Source: Kiritimatiellia bacterium (GTDB lineage: Bacteria; Verrucomicrobiota; Kiritimatiellia; RFP12; DVOR01). Taken from it: a stretch of DNA of 64,000 nt. Location of the stretch: positions 2,874 to 66,873 of the forward strand of contig JAVBMC010000069.1 of NCBI GenBank assembly GCA_031552845.1. Reading direction: 5' to 3'. Shown piece by piece: positions 27,227 to 35,110 of the stretch. The translations under genes and the position numbers were made by a program. The notes under the pieces are model-generated. The model was not told where the DNA came from. It searched no databases and saw only the letters and a program-made list of their open reading frames with translations. Each line of letters begins with the position of its first letter. Position 1 is the first letter of the stretch.

Positions 27227-27320
27227 CCGCCCGTACTCGACCTCGCCGATCTCATCGGCCTCATCGATCCACTCCCGCCCCCGCTCTGTGCCCGACTTCG
27301 CCGATTTTCACCGACTTCCC
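27227..27320. repeat. ~9-nt periodic repeat, copy 2 (two sub-units)
   Basis: CCGCCCGTACTCGACCTCGCCGATCTCATCG and CCCGACTTCGCCGATTTTCACCGACTTC. Confidence 0.8.
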
Positions 27321-27330
27321 CGCTGTATCA

Positions 27331-28794
27331 TCAAGCCTTCTGCTGGGTTCCGTTGTAAGCGTAAACCGTCAGCGCCTGTTCCAACAACTCCGCCGAATCA
27401 TTCCGCCCGTTGCCTTCCGCCCAGGCGCGGACGCGTCTAATGCAATCTTCCGGCGAGGTCGACGCCGTGATCAATGCTTGTAGCTCTTTGTAACGCTCGC
27501 CCAGCGCCGCCGCCAGCTTGTCGGTGTGTTTCGCCTCCACTGGATCCGCTGGAGCATTGAGCGGTAAGGCCGACAGCCCGCCAAAGGGTGAAGGCGAAGG
27601 CGATGCCTTCCGCCGGATCGTGAAGCCCACACGTTCCCCCAACGCATCCAGTCCATCATCATCCGGCTCGAATCCTGCGGCGCCGAGCTTGGCCACTACA
27701 TTCATGGCGGCGTTGAGTTCCGCAGCCGAATCAGTCCCGAACAGAATCAGCGGTGTTTTACCGGGCAAGGCGTTGATTTGACAGAGCTGCTGAAACAGCC
27801 CGCCGCGGATTGTTGCCGCCAACATCTTGGCATCCATCTTCCGCAGATCCTCACGAACCTCGCCTTGCAGGTTAGCCGTGCCGCCGCCCAGTTCGCCAGT
27901 TGGCTGTGCTTGGCCGGATAGCGTTTGACCGACAATCAACTTGGAAATCTCGCGGTTGCACAGTTCGATAAACCGTTCATGACTGTTCGAGGTGTCTCCG
28001 GTGGCGGCTTGGATAATCTCGACCTCGGTCTTTTTGTTGATCACGATTGCACCCAGCCTAACCGCCGTTTGGAATGCCCGTGTCAAAACGCCGCGCCCGG
28101 CATCGTCGCCAACGTCGAACTTTCCAACCATAAACGGCACGCCGAACCGCTCAATGAAGTCCGCCCACCACTGCCGGGACATCGTCCGCAACAACCACCA
28201 AAAGAGCAGCGCCCGCATCGGCCCACCCCAATTATCCGGCGTGGGCATGAGGTGGCCACGGTGAACAATATACCGCGCCGGATCCGGCACGTGTGACGTT
28301 GACAGCGGCCTGCCGTTTGCGTCCGTATCAAAGATGCGCAAAGCCCCGCTGGAATAATCCAACAGTTGATACGGCACTGACACAATATCCTTCAACGTGT
28401 AACCTGTGGCCGTTGTGGCGTAAACTTTCTCCACCACCGCCACCGGGTAAAGCGTGGCATTGAGCAGCCAAGATACCATGTTGACAAATGCCGTGCTGTC
28501 TGTGATCACAAAGCAGAGGTCTTTCGTGGCCAAGTCTGCCGGATTGCGTTTATCCCAGGGAACCACGGTGGCACCATCCCCCAGAATCGCCGCTTTGCGT
28601 TTGGTAAACTCAGTCAGAATCTGGTTGTCAGATGCCACGACATCGCGGTAAAGTGCGAACAGTTCGCGGGTATCTCCGGCCTCCGCTTGCCGGATGATGC
28701 TCATAAGCCGGTCAGCCGACAAGGCAGGCAATACGCTGGCGGGTTCATAGGCAGGGTTGAGAATGGTAATTGGATCTTCGGGTTGTGGTTTCAT
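27331..28794 (-). CDS. Portal protein, Mu gp29/DUF935-like
   Basis: WWADFIERFGVPF.VGK, EISKLIVGQTLS and REDLRKMDA motifs. Start at ATG 28794. Confidence 0.9.
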   Translation of the reverse strand: MKPQPEDPITILNPAYEPASVLPALSADRLMSIIRQAEAGDTRELFALYRDVVASDNQILTEFTKRKAAILGDGATVVPWDKRNPADLATKDLCFVITDSTAFVNMVSWLLNATLYPVAVVEKVYATTATGYTLKDIVSVPYQLLDYSSGALRIFDTDANGRPLSTSHVPDPARYIVHRGHLMPTPDNWGGPMRALLFWWLLRTMSRQWWADFIERFGVPFMVGKFDVGDDAGRGVLTRAFQTAVRLGAIVINKKTEVEIIQAATGDTSNSHERFIELCNREISKLIVGQTLSGQAQPTGELGGGTANLQGEVREDLRKMDAKMLAATIRGGLFQQLCQINALPGKTPLILFGTDSAAELNAAMNVVAKLGAAGFEPDDDGLDALGERVGFTIRRKASPSPSPFGGLSALPLNAPADPVEAKHTDKLAAALGERYKELQALITASTSPEDCIRRVRAWAEGNGRNDSAELLEQALTVYAYNGTQQKA

Positions 28795-28801
28795 GTTACT
28801 C

Positions 28802-30430
28802 CTATGCGTAAAAGGTAGAGGTGGCGGCAGGGTCATCATCGGTTGGACGTAGCGGCATCCGATCAGGCGCGGAACCTCCGCTGGTTGGGTGAGCCGTGCG
28901 CATGCCGAGCGGAACTGCCTCGGCTTCCGCCGGACCGCTCGCCGCCGTCAGCGAATAGATCGAGTTTTTCCACGCATCGAACAAATCGCCGTGCCGTCCG
29001 GTGGCGGTATCCAAGACATTATCAAAGCCACCTTTGAACCGCCGCACTAGGCGGAAGTCATCTTTAACCTCATTGGACGCCGGGATGGCTGCCGTCTGGT
29101 CTTCAAAGGGATTGGTGCCAAGGTGCCCCAGATACGATTTGAACAGGATGCGCTCACCGTTGTATTCGATTCGCTCCGAAGCCTTCACAAGGATAACTTC
29201 GCAGATGCCTTGCAATTCCTGTTTGACCTCGGCGCACCAGTAGGTTTCCCCTGTGGCGTCAAGCGTGATTGCCTCCGGTTTCAAGCGCTGCGCCAGTTCT
29301 TTCAAGATAGCCTTGGGCTTTCGCGGATCCGCAGACTTCATCGACAGAATCAGCTTGGCAACATACACGCCATCAATCCGCTGTGTGACGCAAATGCCAA
29401 AGGGATTGGAGGTCTCGCCATCGGTTGTGGCCGGATCGCCGCCGATCCCGATGGGCGCGCCCGGCTTGAACAGGCTTGCCCATTCTTCCGGCAAATCATC
29501 CTTCGCATAAACACACCCCAGACGTTCCCCTGCCTGCTGGGCATCGAGCAAGGCCATTAAACCAATCGCTGCGGATCCGCCCGTAACGAAGATGCACCCG
29601 TAGTTACGATCCCACGCCTCTTTGTCATAAGCCATACGCCTGGACTCTGCCGGGGACATTGGCTTACCCGTCTTTAGATCATACAAGGGCACGTTGTCAG
29701 CGTAAGCGTCAAAAGCGTCCACCCGCAACACAGTAACGCCTTTGACAGACTCATAAATGTTGCCTTCCGGATTGACTCCAAAGATCGTGCCCGGCGGCGG
29801 CGCCAGCTGTTCAAACGAATAGTGGGTATCATCCGGTGGTGGCGTGGTCGAAAGTAGCAGCCTAAACTCCGGATTGCTGGACACAATCGGTTCGATCGCT
29901 TCCCACGTCTCGCGCCAGTTCCCGATACGGCCAACTTCGTCCGCCATCAGATCGCCCGTTTCACCAACGGTATCAGGCCGTAGCGCAACCACTTTGGTAC
30001 GGCTGTATCGGTTCCTGTCATGGTAGTAACGGAACTCCAATCGCGAAGCCTCGAATAACTCCGCAAAATCATCATGCGTCAATCGATCAGGAATCCGCCC
30101 ATCCCGTGCATCCGCCACCAACAGCTTGCCGGTCTTGGCACGGCGAATAGCTTCAGCAATAGCGCTTTCAATTACCGACGATTCCTTGCGAACGATTTCC
30201 CGTGATAGATTCAGCTTGGCGCTACCAAAGATTACCGTGTGGTCTTTTCGGCGCATCATCTTACTCATGGCTATATTGCCAAAGGTGGTTGTCTTGCCAA
30301 ATTGCCGACGTGCCAAAAATGCCAGCAGTCGAATATCTTCCACCAGCTCAAAGACACGCCTTTGACCGGCTCGCATCTGAATGAGTGGGCGCTGCTCGAC
30401 AATCTCAAGTTGACCTATTGACTTTTCCAT
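28802..30430 (-). CDS. Terminase large subunit, Mu gp28-like
   Basis: RRQFGKTT Walker A, LMADEVG Walker B, LLSTTP, IGGD, LDATG and HGDLF nuclease motifs. Confidence 0.9.
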   Translation of the reverse strand: MEKSIGQLEIVEQRPLIQMRAGQRRVFELVEDIRLLAFLARRQFGKTTTFGNIAMSKMMRRKDHTVIFGSAKLNLSREIVRKESSVIESAIAEAIRRAKTGKLLVADARDGRIPDRLTHDDFAELFEASRLEFRYYHDRNRYSRTKVVALRPDTVGETGDLMADEVGRIGNWRETWEAIEPIVSSNPEFRLLLSTTPPPDDTHYSFEQLAPPPGTIFGVNPEGNIYESVKGVTVLRVDAFDAYADNVPLYDLKTGKPMSPAESRRMAYDKEAWDRNYGCIFVTGGSAAIGLMALLDAQQAGERLGCVYAKDDLPEEWASLFKPGAPIGIGGDPATTDGETSNPFGICVTQRIDGVYVAKLILSMKSADPRKPKAILKELAQRLKPEAITLDATGETYWCAEVKQELQGICEVILVKASERIEYNGERILFKSYLGHLGTNPFEDQTAAIPASNEVKDDFRLVRRFKGGFDNVLDTATGRHGDLFDAWKNSIYSLTAASGPAEAEAVPLGMRTAHPTSGGSAPDRMPLRPTDDDPAATSTFYA

Positions 30431-31053
30431 AAATCGCCAAACATTAACTTACCGAGCGCTTCGGTCTTGGCATCATTATCCAGAGTTCGATCTCCGGCAA
30501 TCTGTTGTGCATCTTGTGACGCCGACCACTTGACAAACAGCTCACAGGTAACACGCTGGAACTTCATCTTTTCGAGTTCTAACGCTTCCCGCGAAATAGC
30601 CACCTTATTCTTGGCCAGATCCAACCGCCGCGCCGAGGTTTCTTGTGCTTGGAGGCGGGTAATCGCGTTGACCAAATCACCGACCTTCTCATCCGGCACC
30701 CGCTCCAATATATCCAGCAGTTGACCTGCAACGATATTCGCGCCAACCGTGGCAACAGATCCACCGGACGCGGTGACAATCTGCATTGACTGTTCGGCCA
30801 GCTTGCGGATCCGTTCCGAATGCGCCTGGTCATCCAGCCAGTCTTTGTATCCAGTTCCGCGCCAATCGGTCAGATTCTGCGCGCTGATCGCGCCGCACTT
30901 CTCGGTGCGCATGACAGACTTGTATTCCTTCCGACCGTTGAGCCAATCCACCAGCTTGCCGCTAGTCTCGCCATCGCGGATCCGTTCGTTGAGTTCATTT
31001 CTGATCACGAACGGCAAGCGGCCAATCTTTGAACGATAGTACCTTGTGTTCAT
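30415..31053 (-). CDS. Terminase small subunit, Mu gp27/DUF3486-like
   Basis: SKIGRLPFVIRNELNERI N-terminus; directly precedes terL. Confidence 0.75.
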   Translation of the reverse strand: MNTRYYRSKIGRLPFVIRNELNERIRDGETSGKLVDWLNGRKEYKSVMRTEKCGAISAQNLTDWRGTGYKDWLDDQAHSERIRKLAEQSMQIVTASGGSVATVGANIVAGQLLDILERVPDEKVGDLVNAITRLQAQETSARRLDLAKNKVAISREALELEKMKFQRVTCELFVKWSASQDAQQIAGDRTLDNDAKTEALGKLMFGDLWKSQ

Positions 31054-31055
31054 GG

Positions 31056-31325
31056 TTACCTCACACAAAGGCGGCCTGATAACTGCCACTGTTTGACACC
31101 AGCGTCCGTGGCATACCAGGCGGTGGCCTTAGTGACAGGATCCACGACGACATCGACAAGTTTACCCATCCGCTCAGACGCCAAATAATTTAACTCACTG
31201 CCAAGCGAAATCAGCGGATTGTCCAACAACCCGCTGGCCTCAACGCGGAGCTTGATTGTGTCTTCGCAAAAAGCCGCAGGCGAACGCCCGGCCAGAAACG
31301 CTAGAATAACCTCACGTGTATTCAT
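31056..31325 (-). CDS. Mu gp26-like small winged-helix protein
   Basis: Position before the small terminase; ELNYL...WYATDAG. Confidence 0.6.
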   Translation of the reverse strand: MNTREVILAFLAGRSPAAFCEDTIKLRVEASGLLDNPLISLGSELNYLASERMGKLVDVVVDPVTKATAWYATDAGVKQWQLSGRLCVR

Positions 31326-31615
31326 TTTTTATCGCCTATGTTTACGCTGATTGCCGGGCCTAAAAGCCTCACCAGCATTTCAAGATTACCGTCAATGCGT
31401 GCCAATTGGCTTTGGACGCCGCGGCTTAGATCAAAGAGCTGATTGTGATCCTGCCTGTTTTCATCCTTGTGCTTGTTGAACTCTTCCCGTGTAACTGGTT
31501 GCTGATCAATGTGGATGCGCTGCGAAATCTTGGATTGGAGTGCTTTTACCAGAAGACCGGAAAGCACTCCAAAAAATCCGCTTGACGCCGAAATAGTAAA
31601 TGTTTCGACATCCAT
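31322..31615 (-). CDS. Mu gp25-like protein (N-terminal TM plus coiled coil)
   Basis: GFFGVLSGLLV followed by VTREEF...LARIDGNLE. Confidence 0.55.
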   Translation of the reverse strand: MDVETFTISASSGFFGVLSGLLVKALQSKISQRIHIDQQPVTREEFNKHKDENRQDHNQLFDLSRGVQSQLARIDGNLEMLVRLLGPAISVNIGDKK

Positions 31616-31616
31616 T

Positions 31617-31961
31617 TTAAGCAGCGTTTACGCGGTTTTTAATCGTAGTGTAGACAACCTGCAAAACGGTGTCCAGCAGATTCTGTTCCCCGCAGGCAAT
31701 GCCGCTGGCTTCTAAGCGTTCTTTGAACACTTCCATGGCGGCATCCCACGCGTCATCACCGCGTAATCCGGCTTGAATCGCAGCCACTACGCCATCTTTG
31801 GCGCAGTCTTGCACATCCTCATTGTTGATAAAGTCAACAATCTCACGCTTGACGCCGTCTAAGGCGAGCGAAAAAAGCCGTTTGCCAACGGTTGTAATCC
31901 AGTTCCAAAAACGTTTGTACCAAGGCGTTGTGGGGTTTGCTTGTGTGTCTATTGTAGGCAT
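31617..31961 (-). CDS. Hypothetical protein, possibly holin-like
   Basis: Amphipathic PWYKRFWNWITTVG; lysis-module position; ATG 31961 after AAAGGAAA. Confidence 0.45.
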   Translation of the reverse strand: MPTIDTQANPTTPWYKRFWNWITTVGKRLFSLALDGVKREIVDFINNEDVQDCAKDGVVAAIQAGLRGDDAWDAAMEVFKERLEASGIACGEQNLLDTVLQVVYTTIKNRVNAA

Positions 31962-31990
31962 AGTCTGTTTCCTTTGTGTGTTGTTTACAG

Positions 31991-32413
31991 TCAATCGCGT
32001 TTCTTTGCCGCCTTTGCTTCTTCCAGCTCATTCAGCATTCGATCCATAAGAGCATTAGACAGCCACCATCCTTGCATCTTAACCGTGTTGGTTACTGCTG
32101 GTGCATGGGGATCGTCCGGAACAGTCACAAACTGATAATCATACCACATCGGTATCGCTTCCATGCACGATGGAACATAAACAGTGGCTGCTTTCTCGGT
32201 GGTGCATCCGGCCAGCATCGCCAAGCCGCCGACAATCACGCATTTAGTCAGTTTTTGGATCCGGCCATTAACCGCATCAGCGTTCCCCTCATAAACAGCG
32301 GTGGTGTTCGCCTCTTTTTGCTTCTCGACCTTCGTTTCGCGCCGATCCGAAGACGTCCACCACTTCAAAAGATATTCGCCTATCTTCGCCAACCCGCCCA
32401 AAATAGTTTTCAT
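31991..32413 (-). CDS. First late gene, spanin-like protein with internal lipobox
   Basis: N-terminal amphipathic segment, then VIVGGLAMLAGC with Cys at residue 70. Confidence 0.5.
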   Translation of the reverse strand: MKTILGGLAKIGEYLLKWWTSSDRRETKVEKQKEANTTAVYEGNADAVNGRIQKLTKCVIVGGLAMLAGCTTEKAATVYVPSCMEAIPMWYDYQFVTVPDDPHAPAVTNTVKMQGWWLSNALMDRMLNELEEAKAAKKRD

Positions 32414-32512
32414 GCCATACCTCGCTTCTTAAAAGCCGCGCGGGAAGTAACCGAAAGGAGTAAGCGAAAACCCCCGCGCGGCACGGTTTACAGTAACGGC
32501 GTCTAGTATAGC

Positions 32513-32585
32513 AAAACGTACCCTATATAACGCGCGGGTGCGGGGTGTGTGGGCACGGGTTTTTGTGTAAAAGGTACCCTTTACA
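32513..32585. repeat. Right-end putative transposase-binding sites and terminal inverted repeat
   Basis: Reverse complement reads TGTAAAGGGTACCTTTT (from 32585) and ATAGGGTACGTTTT (32526-32513). Confidence 0.65.
32533..32551 (-). promoter_or_regulatory. Putative late-promoter activator site upstream of the lysis/packaging operon
   Basis: CACACACCCCGCACCCGCG, 18/19 identical to 14284-14302. Confidence 0.65.
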
Positions 32586-32875
32586 AAATAATATCTTGTA
32601 CCCTTCGGCGGCTTTTCGGCCTAAATGTTAATATCGCCCTTTAAAATCAAGGCATTTCAAGGCTCATCAAGCCTCATCAGCACACATCAAGACTTTTCTT
32701 CGGGGTGGTGTTCGAAAGCAGGGATTATGTTACTTTACTCTCGTTGCAGGGGGGCTATGTTTTCAAGACGGCGGCTTCGACGAGGTGCCGCAAGCACCTT
32801 CATACCCTACCTGCTGATGCGCACACAATGTCGGCGAGGATTTTTTGCGGGGCACTCCCAAAGTAGATACAAACA

Positions 32876-32976
32876 CGGCTTCACCGATTTTCGTCGACTT
32901 CATCAGCAATGCGGGCAGGAATACCCGCACTCCCAAGGCCGTACGCGATCTCATCGACCTCAACGGTCTCATCGAC
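32876..32976. repeat. ~9-nt periodic repeat, copy 3 (outside the prophage)
   Basis: CGGCTTCACCGATTTTCGTCGACTTCATC and CGCGATCTCATCGACCTCAACGGTCTCATCGAC. Confidence 0.7.
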
Positions 32977-33060
32977 GCGCAAAGCAGCGCAATAACAAGG
33001 GTAATAACAATGGCAGAGAATGTGAGCATGATAAAAGAGTCCTTTTGTGTTTTCAATGGA

Positions 33061-33164
33061 CTGCTCGCCGACCAACGGGCTTGTCATAGTTGATGGCTCC
33101 TTGGAGCTTGGGCTCCGATATGCGTCAAAGCGTCAGGGATCGGTCACCCAATGGGGTCAACGGA
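33061..33164 (-). ncRNA. Candidate structured leader RNA, copy A
   Basis: High identity to 52985-53088; starts 7 nt after a conserved -10 box. Confidence 0.6.
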
Positions 33165-33168
33165 ACGC

Positions 33169-33196
33169 AGTTTAGCAAAATGCAGGAATAAGTCAA
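33169..33196 (-). promoter_or_regulatory. Sigma70-type promoter of leader copy A
   Basis: TTGACT-16-TAAACT; boxes identical to copy B, spacer divergent. Confidence 0.7.
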
Positions 33197-33311
33197 GAGG
33201 GAAAATTAGCGAACAAGAAAACCTTAATAAAACAAGGGGTAAGAGTGGAATAATCTAGAGAAGGCTGACGTTGGGTGCCAATTCCGGCACTATTCCTGTC
33301 AATCCTAAGCT

Positions 33312-35030
33312 TCAGCCTACAGCGCCGGAGAGTTCGCGGGCGCGGATGAGGGCTTCGTCGATGTGGCCAAAGATGTTGTCTTGGCCGAGTTCGTCAAAGA
33401 AGCCGGATTTTTGCATGATGATGAGGGGTTGGCTGTGGACGCCGGAGAGGAGGAGAGTAACGCTGTGTTTGCGGGCGTCTTTGAGCATTTCGCGCAGGGA
33501 GTGGAGTGCCGTGGCGTCGAGCACCCGTACATGGCGCATGCGGAGGATGAGAATGCGTTTTTGGTGGCCGTCGATGGGTACGATGTTGCGGAATTTGTCG
33601 GCGGCGCCGAAGAAGAGCGCGCCTTGGATTTCGAAGACTTCGACATTGGGGGGGACGTCACGGGAGGAGAGGCTGAGGGGGTCGTTTTCGCTGGCGGCGT
33701 CGCTGGCTTCATCGGTGATGAGTTTGGTGACGTTGACTGCCGCACTGACTTCGGACATGCGTTTGATGAAGAGTCCGGCAGCGACGAGCATTCCGGCCTG
33801 AATGGCAACGGTGAGGTCGACGAGGATGGTAAGGAAGAAGGTGAGCAGTAGCACGAGCACATCGCCGGAGGTGCTGCGGAAGAGTCCCACAAAGGTGCGC
33901 CATTCGCTCATGTTGTAGGCGACAACGACCACAATGCCGGCGAGCACGGCGAGCGGAATCATGGCCGCCCATTTGCCGAGGAAGAGCATGATGAGCAGGA
34001 GCAAGGCGGCATGCACTAAGCCGGAGACAGAGGAGGCTGCTGAGGATTTGACGTTCGCGGCGGTGCGGGCGAATGCCCCTGTACAAGGTATGCCGCCAAA
34101 GATGGCGGAGCCGATGTTGGCGACGCCTTGTCCGATGAGTTCGGTGTTGGAGTTGCTGCGCTGGCCGGTCATGCCGTCGGCCACAACCATCGAAAGGAGC
34201 GATTCTAGTCCGGCGAGCACAGCGATGGCAATGGCGGGCGAGATGAGTTCGCGCACGGCTTCCGGGCTGATGCGGGGGAAGACGGGCATGGGGATGGTCA
34301 TACCGCCGGCCACGGCAGGGAAGCGGTCGCCGATGGTTTCAACGGGGATGCCGAAGAGTTGGACAATGGCTGTCAGTGCAACGATGGCAATCAATGAGCC
34401 GGGAATCTTTTGGGTGACGTTTTTCCAATAGATGCAGATGCAGACGGAAATGCCGCTGACGACTGTCGCGGCTAAAACTTTGGGGACGTCTTGCGCCGGC
34501 AGGTGAATGATGTATTGTCCGTAGGCGATGAGTTTGGCGGCAATGTCCGGCGGGACCTTGTCCATTTGAAAACCGAAGAACTCGCGGATTTGCCCAATGG
34601 CGATGATGAGTGCCAGGCCGGCGGTGAGGCCGACGACCACAGGGTACGGAATGAACTTGATGATGGAGCCCATACGGCAAATGCCGAGCACAACAAGAAT
34701 TACCCCGGCCATGATGGTGGCAACCATCAATCCGGCGTAGCCGTATTGCGAAATGATGCCGTAGATGATGACGATGAAGGCACCCGTCGGGCCGCCGATT
34801 TGAACTTTGCTGCCGCTGAGCATGGAGATCAGGAAGCCGCCGATGACTGCCGTTGTGAGGCCCTGCACCGGATTGGCTCCCGAAGCAATACCGAAGGCAA
34901 TCGCCAACGGCAGTGCCACTACCGCGACGACCACGCCTGCAACCAAATCACGGAAGAACATCTTGAACGAATATTCGCGCAAGATTGAAAGCGACGCCGG
35001 ATAAAATGTTTTGGAAAGCTTGCTGTTCAT
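33312..35030 (-). CDS. sulP: SulP-family anion permease with STAS domain
   Basis: GVVVAVVALPLAIAFGIASG, QIGGPTGA and C-terminal STAS (FFGAADKF, LDATALHSL). Confidence 0.95.
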   Translation of the reverse strand: MNSKLSKTFYPASLSILREYSFKMFFRDLVAGVVVAVVALPLAIAFGIASGANPVQGLTTAVIGGFLISMLSGSKVQIGGPTGAFIVIIYGIISQYGYAGLMVATIMAGVILVVLGICRMGSIIKFIPYPVVVGLTAGLALIIAIGQIREFFGFQMDKVPPDIAAKLIAYGQYIIHLPAQDVPKVLAATVVSGISVCICIYWKNVTQKIPGSLIAIVALTAIVQLFGIPVETIGDRFPAVAGGMTIPMPVFPRISPEAVRELISPAIAIAVLAGLESLLSMVVADGMTGQRSNSNTELIGQGVANIGSAIFGGIPCTGAFARTAANVKSSAASSVSGLVHAALLLLIMLFLGKWAAMIPLAVLAGIVVVVAYNMSEWRTFVGLFRSTSGDVLVLLLTFFLTILVDLTVAIQAGMLVAAGLFIKRMSEVSAAVNVTKLITDEASDAASENDPLSLSSRDVPPNVEVFEIQGALFFGAADKFRNIVPIDGHQKRILILRMRHVRVLDATALHSLREMLKDARKHSVTLLLSGVHSQPLIIMQKSGFFDELGQDNIFGHIDEALIRARELSGAVG

Positions 35031-35110
35031 TTATTGATTGGACACTTCTGCCATAATTATACAGCGCGGAGGGCCGGAGCCATCCGCGCTGCGGAGAATC
35101 GTACTCGATG

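Larger units (their letters stand above)
2598..32585. mobile_element. Transposable (Mu-like) prophage, ~30 kb, non-contractile tail type
   Basis: DDE-family transposase, MuB-like ATPase, Gam, terminase, portal, MuF, protease I, gpT head, tail tube and tape measure; no sheath or baseplate seen. Inverted termini TGTAAAGGGT. Boundaries are inferred. Confidence 0.9.

Noticed and set aside
2567-32664. AGGCT 5-bp duplication with TG 2572 / CA 32659 as prophage ends
   Set aside because: Demoted to an alternative: these termini share little similarity, and a chance 5-mer match among many TG/CA pairs is plausible.
32625-33093. Plus-strand ORFs 32625-33089 and 32845-33093, and minus ORF 32881-33087
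   Set aside because: No recognisable motifs; they run through repeats and the leader element, so are probably spurious.
33061-33164. Assignment of the duplicated leader to M-box, glutamine (glnA), glycine or c-di-AMP riboswitches
   Set aside because: Only short words match (e.g. CCAATGGGGTCAAC on the opposite strand, GAAGGAGC); the conserved cores are missing, and the promoter orientation argues against the M-box-like strand.
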